A DNA stretch of 64,000 nt from an uncultured Fibrobacterota bacterium (GTDB lineage Bacteria > Fibrobacterota > Chitinivibrionia > Chitinivibrionales > FEN-1185). The DNA is taken from positions 160,001 through 224,000 of the forward strand of contig CAVWBU010000024.1 in assembly GCA_963753345.1 (NCBI GenBank). Reading direction: 5' to 3'. Shown in pieces: positions 56,811 through 64,000 of this stretch (positions are counted from its first letter, which is position 1; each line of letters begins with the position of its first letter). The notes under the pieces were generated by a model. The model saw only the letters and a program-made list of their open reading frames with translations. It made no database searches and had not been told where the DNA came from. Both the position numbers and the translations under genes were made by a program.

Positions 56811-57857
56811 ATGCCGACACCAACCATCCTTCACTTTTCCACCGGAAGACATTTTCGCGGCGGAGAACGGCAGATCGAATTCCTGCATACCGGTCTCGGC
56901 GGCGCGGGAATGCGAAGCATTCTGGTCTGCAGAAAGGGCGGCGGGCTTTCCGGCCGGAACCTTGCCAACGTCATTCCCCTGCCGTGGCGCGGAGAGTGGG
57001 ACGCCCTAGGTTTGGCGGAGTTTATTCGCATTTGCAAACAGTACCGTCCTGCGATCATCCACAGTCACGACGGCCACTCGCTTGCGCACGCGTCAATTGC
57101 CGGCGCGTTCACGGGCGCGGCCGTGGTCCACACGCGGCGCGTGAACTTCCCGCTCGGGCAGTCGGCGTTTTCCCGGTGGAAATATGCGCGGTGCAGGGCC
57201 GTCATCGGCGTTTCCGAAGCGGTCGCGCGCGCCTGCAAGGAGGCGTTCCCCACGGTGCGGGTGCACACGGTGCACGACGGCGTCGACTGGTCCGCGCCCA
57301 TCCTTGCGCGGAGCAACGCGCGGCAAGAGCTCGGCATCAGCGGCGAGGCATTCGTGATCGGCGCGGTCGCATACTTTACCGAAGAGAAAAACCTTGTGCT
57401 TCTCGCCTCCCTCGCGCGGTCCCTTCTGTCCCGCTTCCCGTCGGCGCGCGTCGTATGCATCGGACCGGTTCACGCCGGAACAAAGGGACTTCCCCCGAAC
57501 ATGGTCTTTGCGGGGTTTCGCGACAACGCCGTCCGCTACTACGCCGCGTTCGACGCGTTCGTCTCGGCATCCCTGTGGGAGGGCCTGGGCAGCGCGCTTC
57601 TCGACGCGGTGGTGCGCGATATCCCGTGCGTTGCGGTTGACGGAGGCGGGACGCGCGACCTGTTTCCCGACCCGGGCGCGCTCGTCAAGCCTGGGGATGA
57701 GGAGGGATTCGTTTCCGCAACGGCGCGTCTCATTGACGGATACGAGCAAGCGCGCGCAGCGGCAGCCGCCTGCGGCGTACGCGCGCGGGACATGTTTTCA
57801 ATCAGGACCATGGTGCAAAGGACTATGGACGTGTATCGGACGGCAGCGTCCCTGTGA
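56811..57857 (+). CDS. glycosyltransferase family 4
   Basis: RGGERQ, HTRRV, WEGLGSALLDA. Confidence 0.9.
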   Translation: MPTPTILHFSTGRHFRGGERQIEFLHTGLGGAGMRSILVCRKGGGLSGRNLANVIPLPWRGEWDALGLAEFIRICKQYRPAIIHSHDGHSLAHASIAGAFTGAAVVHTRRVNFPLGQSAFSRWKYARCRAVIGVSEAVARACKEAFPTVRVHTVHDGVDWSAPILARSNARQELGISGEAFVIGAVAYFTEEKNLVLLASLARSLLSRFPSARVVCIGPVHAGTKGLPPNMVFAGFRDNAVRYYAAFDAFVSASLWEGLGSALLDAVVRDIPCVAVDGGGTRDLFPDPGALVKPGDEEGFVSATARLIDGYEQARAAAAACGVRARDMFSIRTMVQRTMDVYRTAASL

Positions 57858-57883
57858 TCAATGGAAGGTAGTGCGAGATAACG

Positions 57884-58783
57884 GTGAAAATATCCGGATT
57901 TTCATTTGCGAGAAACGCGGACACGCTTGGCTACCCGGTGGCCGAGTCGATTCAATCCATCCTGCCGGTGTGCGACGAATTTGTTGTTGCCGTGGGCAAA
58001 GGCGACCCCGGCGACCGCACCCGCGATCTCATCGAAGGGATAGCGTCGCCCAAGATCAGGATCATCGACACCGAATGGACCGACCGCGAGACCCTGAGGA
58101 GCCGCATCTACAGCCAGCAGACCAACCTCGCCCTTGCGCAGTGCACGGGCGACTGGTGTTTTTACATCCAGGCCGACGAGGTGATGCACGAGCAGTATCT
58201 GCCCGCGGTCCGCGCGAGGTGCGAAGCGCTTCTTGACAATACGCAAGTCGAGGGGCTGCTCTTCGCCTTTCGCCACTTCTGGGGGGATTACCGCCATTAC
58301 CAGGACGCCCACGGCTGGTATCCGTTCGAGATTCGGATCGTGCGCAACCGCATCGGCGTGCAGTCCATCAACGACGCCCAGTCGTTCCGGAAGGAAGAAA
58401 GGAAACTGCATGTCGCCTATGCAAACGCCACGATGTTCCATTACGGCTGGGTCCGGCACCCGAGGCTTATGCAGCAGCGGAACCGCGCGGTGAGAACCAC
58501 CTACCAGGGAAGCGAAGCCGCGGCCCTCCAGTGCGACAAGGCGCCCGACTCCTACGATTTCGGGGCAGTCGACGCGCTGCCCGTGTTTTCCGGCACGCAT
58601 CCGGGCGTGATGGAACAGCGGATACGGGCCATGGACTGGGCCCACCTTCTCGTGCGTAAAGGACCTTTGCGGCCGCCCGGCCAGTCGCTCAAGCACCGGA
58701 TCCTCACGGCAATCGAAAAGCGGTTCTTCGGCGGGAGACAAGTCGGCGGATACAGGAATTATGTGCTGCTGAAGCGGGTTTGA
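57884..58783 (+). CDS. glycosyltransferase family 2-like
   Basis: YP..ESIQSILP.CDE, WCFYIQADE, FHYGWVR. Confidence 0.88.
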   Translation: MKISGFSFARNADTLGYPVAESIQSILPVCDEFVVAVGKGDPGDRTRDLIEGIASPKIRIIDTEWTDRETLRSRIYSQQTNLALAQCTGDWCFYIQADEVMHEQYLPAVRARCEALLDNTQVEGLLFAFRHFWGDYRHYQDAHGWYPFEIRIVRNRIGVQSINDAQSFRKEERKLHVAYANATMFHYGWVRHPRLMQQRNRAVRTTYQGSEAAALQCDKAPDSYDFGAVDALPVFSGTHPGVMEQRIRAMDWAHLLVRKGPLRPPGQSLKHRILTAIEKRFFGGRQVGGYRNYVLLKRV

Positions 58784-58863
58784 GACGTTGTGCGGCCTGC
58801 GGAACATACGAAAGGCGCCGTCATGTGCCGGCGCCTCGTTTGTCATACGCGAATGCCTGACAA

Positions 58864-59391
58864 TCAGAACTGCAAGGTGAGCCCTCCATCGAGAAACCCG
58901 AACCCGCCGCAGTCTTCGAGAAACACGCCGAGCTTCGGGGTGAAATGCCAGCGCGCCCCGAGATACTCCCGGACGCCCCAGTCGGGAGCATACCCATTGA
59001 GCGCCGGCGCGACCCAGACGGTCGGCCCCACCCACACGTCAAGCTTGTCGCGGACCTTTATCTTGTCGGCCCACACCTTCAGATTGAACGGATGAAACGC
59101 GGCCCTGCCGAGAAAGGTGATATAGGCTGCGTCCCAGGGGTACCATGCAGCGTCGGTGTAATAGTATCGAAAACCGATTCCGCCGCCGCCGGATATCGCG
59201 TCATGAAAAGCGTAATCGAAGGCAACGTGCGTGCCGAACACAAAAACCGGAAGCGCCACGCCCATGTCGAGATACTTGTCCCCTTTTGCGTAGCAGCTCC
59301 CCGAGCCCGTCGCCCAGTCTGCGGCGGCATTGGTTGACAAAACAAAACAGGCGCTCACAACGGCGCACAACAACGCAACGTGCTTTTTCAT
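58864..59391 (-). CDS. small outer-membrane beta-barrel protein
   Basis: GGAGG RBS, signal peptide, beta-strand pattern, C-terminal GLTLQF. Confidence 0.8.
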   Translation of the reverse strand: MKKHVALLCAVVSACFVLSTNAAADWATGSGSCYAKGDKYLDMGVALPVFVFGTHVAFDYAFHDAISGGGGIGFRYYYTDAAWYPWDAAYITFLGRAAFHPFNLKVWADKIKVRDKLDVWVGPTVWVAPALNGYAPDWGVREYLGARWHFTPKLGVFLEDCGGFGFLDGGLTLQF

Positions 59392-59440
59392 GGAAAACCT
59401 CCCTGTCTGAACGTTTGGGGGACCCTTGCTAAAAATATAA

Positions 59441-61087
59441 CTATTGTCGCGCGACCAAGTCCTGTTTCACGATTCCCTTTACGGCCCAGGGGGTCTGCGG
59501 CCGGCCCATCCGGGAAATCGTCTCGCGGTCGTGCGGTATCGGGTTCGATTCGTGAAACAGGTGGTACTGAATCGCCGAGCGCGCCACGGTGCGCACCCGC
59601 ACGCCAGCGACCTTGAACCGGTTGGAAAGGTTGTTGTCCTCGAGCCCCCTGCCCACGATGCTCTCCTCGTAGCCGTTGACACGAAAGAAATCCCCCGTAA
59701 ACACCGAAAAGTTGCTGCCGAGGATGCAGTAGTTTTTCCCGGCCGCCCGTTTCCATCCGTCCTCGAGGGCGGCCACGACCGGCGCGCGCACGCCGTGCCT
59801 GGAGCTTCCCTGCTCGGCGTGGCCGAACCAGAACGACATTCGCTCCAGCCGCCCGCTTTCCACGTCGTCGAGCGTGAGCGCGGAGGTGAGCTGTTTGTCA
59901 AGCATCACGCGCCTGCCGGAAAGCACGGTCCCCACGCGGCGCGCGCGCAGATGGCTGTGCAAAAACCGCCGGTGCGGCACCGAGTCGCCGTCGATGAAGC
60001 AGAGGTAGTCGCTGCGCGACCGCAGCGCGGCCCTGTTGGCGATCATGGTCTTTCTGAACCCGCAATGCTCCTGCCGCACATGCGCTACGGGATAGCGGAA
60101 GCGGCCCTGCCACTTGTCAATTACGCCGGCGACCTCCGGCCCCGACCCGTCGTCGGCGACGACCACTTCGAAGTCGCCGACGGTCTGGCGTGCAAGACCG
60201 GCAAGGACTTTCTCAAGGAAATCCGGCCTCTGGTGAACAGCAACAATCACCGATAGTGCGGGCCGGCACAGATAGACCAGGTCGTTCTTACGGTACGCCT
60301 CCGTGATCACGCGCAGCGGATGGGTGCAAGCGCGCGCCGAGGGCCGCGCGCGGAACGTTGCGCGGATAAAGTGGTGCACGAACACGTCGCCGGCGATCAT
60401 GCACTGCCGGGCGCGGCCGTCTTCGCTCTGCGACTTTACACAACGGAGTTGCAGGTCCCAGTCCGGCGCGGCGGCCGTCTCGTTCCATTGCCCGATCCGT
60501 TCGAAGAGGTCCCTTCTCGCCACCACCGCGTTGCCGGAAATGCCGGGATACATAAAGCGCGCGAAGTCCCTGCGTCTCTTGTCGGTAAACCTCTCCCAGT
60601 TGCCGTACATGCGGCCTATGAGCTTGCCAAGATCGCGCGCGGCGTACCGGATTCCGGATGCGGCGCGGAGCCGCTGCAGGGCGTTTATCCTCCGCCAGCG
60701 CCGCATGAAGCGCTTCGTCTTTTCAGGAGATTCCATGGTCTCGATGCCGCAGGGCGATATCGCATCGAGCTTGTAGTCGTCCATGTAGCCGATGAGGGTC
60801 GCGTCCCAGGCTCTTGACAGATAGATGTCGTTGTTGAGGAACGCAACATAGTCGCCCATGGCCTTTTTGAGGCCCAGGTTCTGCGAGCAGCCATAGCAGA
60901 GGTTGTGCGGATTGCGGATCACCTCCGCGCCGTTTTCCTCAAAAAAATCGGCCGAGCCGTCGCGGGAGCCGTTGTCGACCACCACGAGCTGATAGGGCTG
61001 CGACGTGTACTTCTCGAGCGACTCCAGGAACAGCCTGGAGTACTCGATCTGGTTGTGGACCGCGGTGACAACGGACAGCTTCTTCAT
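59441..61087 (-). CDS. two-domain glycosyltransferase family 2
   Basis: VVDNGSRD..FLNND in the N-domain; ADDGS..FIDGD..GLEDNN in the C-domain. Confidence 0.9.
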   Translation of the reverse strand: MKKLSVVTAVHNQIEYSRLFLESLEKYTSQPYQLVVVDNGSRDGSADFFEENGAEVIRNPHNLCYGCSQNLGLKKAMGDYVAFLNNDIYLSRAWDATLIGYMDDYKLDAISPCGIETMESPEKTKRFMRRWRRINALQRLRAASGIRYAARDLGKLIGRMYGNWERFTDKRRRDFARFMYPGISGNAVVARRDLFERIGQWNETAAAPDWDLQLRCVKSQSEDGRARQCMIAGDVFVHHFIRATFRARPSARACTHPLRVITEAYRKNDLVYLCRPALSVIVAVHQRPDFLEKVLAGLARQTVGDFEVVVADDGSGPEVAGVIDKWQGRFRYPVAHVRQEHCGFRKTMIANRAALRSRSDYLCFIDGDSVPHRRFLHSHLRARRVGTVLSGRRVMLDKQLTSALTLDDVESGRLERMSFWFGHAEQGSSRHGVRAPVVAALEDGWKRAAGKNYCILGSNFSVFTGDFFRVNGYEESIVGRGLEDNNLSNRFKVAGVRVRTVARSAIQYHLFHESNPIPHDRETISRMGRPQTPWAVKGIVKQDLVARQ

Positions 61088-61093
61088 CGCGCC

Positions 61094-61921
61094 TTACCTT
61101 TTGACAATGCCAAGGTCGGCCCACGCCTTTGCGGGAAAGCAGTATGCAAGCACCGCCTCCCTGTCGTGCGGGACCGGGTCCGATTCGTGGAACAGGTGGT
61201 ACTGGAGCGCGACCCGGGTGACCGAGCGCACGGCGGCGCCCGAAAGTTTGAGCCGCTCGCGAAGGTTGTCGTCCTCCAGGCCCCTGCCCACGATGCCCTC
61301 GTCGTATCCGTTGACGGAACAGAAATCGTCCTTAAACAGCGAAAAATTGCTGCCGTACATCGAATATCCCTTTTTCCGCAGGTTCGAAAACCGCTGCAGC
61401 GCGGGGGCATACAGTCCGTGCTTGCGGTCGGACGGGTCGCAGTGGTTCCACCAGAGCCAGGGGCGCTCGATGCGGCCCGACAACACGTCGTCGTTTGTCA
61501 ATTTATCGGTGAGGAATTTGTCGAGCATCACACGCCTGCCGCCGAGCACGAAGCCGCGACGGCGATACCGAACATGGTTTTCCAGGAACCGCCGGTGAAG
61601 GATGCAGTCGCCGTCGATGAACGCAAGGTACTCGGACGACGACGACGCGACCGCCGCGTTGGCGATGGCGGTCTTGCGGAACCCCTGATGCTCGTGCCGG
61701 ACGTGCACGATGGGCCGCCCGAACCGCGGCGAGTACTGTTTGACAAGATCGACTATTGCCGGGCCCGAACCGTCGTCGGCCACCACGGTCTCGAAGTCCC
61801 CGAGGGTCTGGTTTACAAGCGACAAGAAAACCTTTTCGAGAAAATCGGGCCTCTGGTACACCGCCACAATGAGCGACACGAGCGGCCGGTTCCCGGCCGA
61901 AGCAGGCCTTGCGCTCATCAT
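61094..61921 (-). CDS. glycosyltransferase family 2
   Basis: ADDGS, GFRKT, FIDGD, VNGYDE, GLEDD, YHLFH. Confidence 0.92.
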   Translation of the reverse strand: MMSARPASAGNRPLVSLIVAVYQRPDFLEKVFLSLVNQTLGDFETVVADDGSGPAIVDLVKQYSPRFGRPIVHVRHEHQGFRKTAIANAAVASSSSEYLAFIDGDCILHRRFLENHVRYRRRGFVLGGRRVMLDKFLTDKLTNDDVLSGRIERPWLWWNHCDPSDRKHGLYAPALQRFSNLRKKGYSMYGSNFSLFKDDFCSVNGYDEGIVGRGLEDDNLRERLKLSGAAVRSVTRVALQYHLFHESDPVPHDREAVLAYCFPAKAWADLGIVKR

Positions 61922-62667
61922 GCCTCACCGCAATTCTTTTTGATCCGCCGCGACCAGTCCTCCGATGCGTACCCGCCGCGCGACTTGACACCCACGTACA
62001 CGTCCCACAGCGATCCGAAATCGATGAGCCACGATGTTGCGCCCAGGTCGGGATACAGCCGGTGAATGAGCACGTTGGCGGTCATGGACGCCGAAAACGC
62101 AAACACCGCGGGACCGGACCGCAAGAAATACTCGCGCGCCTGCGCTTCGGTCTCGCGCCGTGCGGTGTAGCAGTTCTTGAGCGGCACCTCTATGAAATGA
62201 TCGTAGGGAAACAACATGCTCTTTACGCCGCGAAGGTGCGCCGGACCCACCACCACCACCTTCATGGCCCGGAGCTGCTTTACGAGAGGGAACAGAGTCG
62301 CGTCGTTGTTTGCATAGTGGAACACGTCGGCGTCGTGCCAGTCCAGCGCAACCGCGTTGGCGTCGAGAAACGCGCGGATGGCGGTCCCCATGTCGCGGAT
62401 GGCACGGTATTGCATGCCGCACCAGTAGGCCGGGCGCGAAACGAGCGCCTCGCGCAAATCTGCGCCGAGTTCGGGAAAAAACTCGTGGCCGTCGCAGTTT
62501 TCGCCGGGACGGCCCAGTATGGCGTTCCATTCCCCGTCGCCGAACCGGGAGAACGAAAAGGGCTTCCCCGCGGCCATCATCGAAACATAGTGCGACACCG
62601 GCCTGGCCTTCACCCGCACGAGCGAGCCCGGAAGATATTTCTGGCGAAATCGTTCAACAAATCTCAA
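61918..62667 (-). CDS. GT-D-fold-like / polysaccharide biosynthesis protein
   Basis: FSFSRFGDGE, LIDFGSLWD; AGAGGA RBS before TTG 62667. Confidence 0.7.
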   Translation of the reverse strand: MRFVERFRQKYLPGSLVRVKARPVSHYVSMMAAGKPFSFSRFGDGEWNAILGRPGENCDGHEFFPELGADLREALVSRPAYWCGMQYRAIRDMGTAIRAFLDANAVALDWHDADVFHYANNDATLFPLVKQLRAMKVVVVGPAHLRGVKSMLFPYDHFIEVPLKNCYTARRETEAQAREYFLRSGPAVFAFSASMTANVLIHRLYPDLGATSWLIDFGSLWDVYVGVKSRGGYASEDWSRRIKKNCGEA

Positions 62668-62897
62668 GCGGTTTCCTCTTTGTTGCAGTGGCGCGGGAAG
62701 ACTGCGACGGCGCCCTGAGGCATGCCCCGGGGCCACGCGCCGGCGGACCCTATCAAAATACATTTTCTCGGCGCGGAGCCATACGGCCGTCGTCAAATCG
62801 AAACTGCGGCGCGGTCCTTTTCATTTGCGTCCAGAGCGGACATTGCCGCGCCGGTATATACTATATTTTTCGAACGACATTTTGTGCGGGAAACCCC

Positions 62898-63575
62898 ATG
62901 CTCGACTACATTCTCCTCCAATTCCAGCGCCTGCGCGGCCGGCGCCGTTACTTCCTTGCAAAGAACCGTCTTTACGGCCAGCGCGACTATTGGAACTGGC
63001 TCGCCGACGGAAAGCCGGCTGCGGTGCCGCATATTGTCAAGCAGATGGCCGTCAAGGAGTATGCGCGGCGGTTCGGGACCCGCGTGTTCATCGAAACAGG
63101 CACGTTTCTGGGAGAAATGATCGACGCGGTGCATCCGCTGTTCTCCCGCGTCTATTCCATCGAGCTGGCCGACCGGTTCTTCCGGGAGGCCCGGCACTAT
63201 TTTCGCGGGCTGCCCCACGTCACCATCGTGCACGGCGACAGCGGCTCCCGGCTCCCCGAGCTTCTCTCCTCCGTCAATGAGCCCGCATTGTTCTGGCTCG
63301 ACGGGCACTACTCCGGCGGGGACACGGCGCACGGCGCGCAGCCCACGCCCATTGTCGCCGAGCTGCGCGCCATTCTGGGCCATTTTGTCAAGAGCCACGT
63401 CGTCCTCATCGACGATGCGCGCTGCTTTACCGGCAGCGGCGGGTATCCCACCCTTCGCGACGTGTACGACCTGGTGCGGCCCGAAGAACGCGGCCTTCGC
63501 ATGGAACTCCGCGACGACATCGTCCGCATTTGTCCGGACATTGGCCCGCTCGAGACGTTTTCGCGCCCCGCGTGA
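62898..63575 (+). CDS. class I SAM methyltransferase-like protein
   Basis: FIETGTFLG, YSIEL, GDS, FWLDGH.SGG, ILIDDAR-like VLIDDAR. Confidence 0.8.
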   Translation: MLDYILLQFQRLRGRRRYFLAKNRLYGQRDYWNWLADGKPAAVPHIVKQMAVKEYARRFGTRVFIETGTFLGEMIDAVHPLFSRVYSIELADRFFREARHYFRGLPHVTIVHGDSGSRLPELLSSVNEPALFWLDGHYSGGDTAHGAQPTPIVAELRAILGHFVKSHVVLIDDARCFTGSGGYPTLRDVYDLVRPEERGLRMELRDDIVRICPDIGPLETFSRPA

Positions 63576-63602
63576 TCTCGTTGCACGCCCGCACTCGGCA
63601 GG

Positions 63603-64000
63603 CTACCCTGCATGCTTCACAAAATGCAATCCGGCGTCAAAGTGGGTCGCGGTCGGCTCGGCCGCGTAAAGTCTGGGGTTGTCGATCCGCATTCCTCCGA
63701 GAAACGCCCTGTTAATCTCCTCCGGCGAAACGCCGGCGTTCCATGTTTCTCCCTCGTCCTGAACACGGTTGAGCGGATTGTTGAATACCACGGCGTCAAG
63801 GGGCGCCAGGGCCTTCTTTATCCGTTTGACCCACCAGCGATGGCGGTACGCGTGCATCCTGCCTTCAAGGGAGTTGGGGGCCGCAAACGAAATCTCCCGG
63901 ATGATCTTTTTGATATGCGCGGCATGAAAGATATTGCCGTCGATGCTGAAGGGATAATTCCACGTGACCGGTTTTCTTTTGGAATAATTCCATTTCCACT
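63603..64000 (-). CDS. 3' part of a probable glycosyltransferase-like protein (truncated by window edge)
   Basis: Open frame to the window edge: WNYPFSIDGNIF...PNSLEG...NNPLNRVQ. Confidence 0.55.
   Translation of the reverse strand, partial: WKWNYSKRKPVTWNYPFSIDGNIFHAAHIKKIIREISFAAPNSLEGRMHAYRHRWWVKRIKKALAPLDAVVFNNPLNRVQDEGETWNAGVSPEEINRAFLGGMRIDNPRLYAAEPTATHFDAGLHFVKHAG

Noticed and set aside
1-64000. CRISPR array, rRNA, tRNA, integrase or autonomous transposase
   Set aside because: No regularly spaced repeats, no RNA-gene signatures and no recombinase motifs recognised

Overview
GC-rich bacterial chromosomal window from a diderm (Gram-negative) organism. The gene content suggests a Fibrobacterota/Chitinivibrionia-like lineage, which is an inference only. 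Most of it is housekeeping and envelope genes (kup, coaE, nifS-nadA, thiE, thiC, lpxH, prmA, lepB, recO, ftsB, dprA, divIVA, yggS, dksA-like, glycosyltransferases). Accessory highlights: (1) an AT-richer type I restriction-modification locus (hsdM-hsdS-X-hsdR) whose PrrC slot X holds a fused ABC-ATPase-TOPRIM protein, a candidate RM-guard effector. (2) A DUF559/Vsr-like endonuclease gene bracketed by hairpin-containing inverted repeats. (3) Three families of structured intergenic elements, each present twice; one looks like a non-autonomous IS200/IS605-type element inserted 3' of TTTTA without target duplication. (4) A 59-aa hyper-acidic ORF missing from the ORF track, with a perfect TTGACA-17-TATAAT promoter and a GGAGGTGA RBS. 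(5) A tandem kinase/pseudokinase-like protein and a STAS protein flanked by two Cys/Trp domains. Four genes carry single-base frameshifts, probably sequencing or assembly indels. No rRNA, tRNA or CRISPR array was seen.
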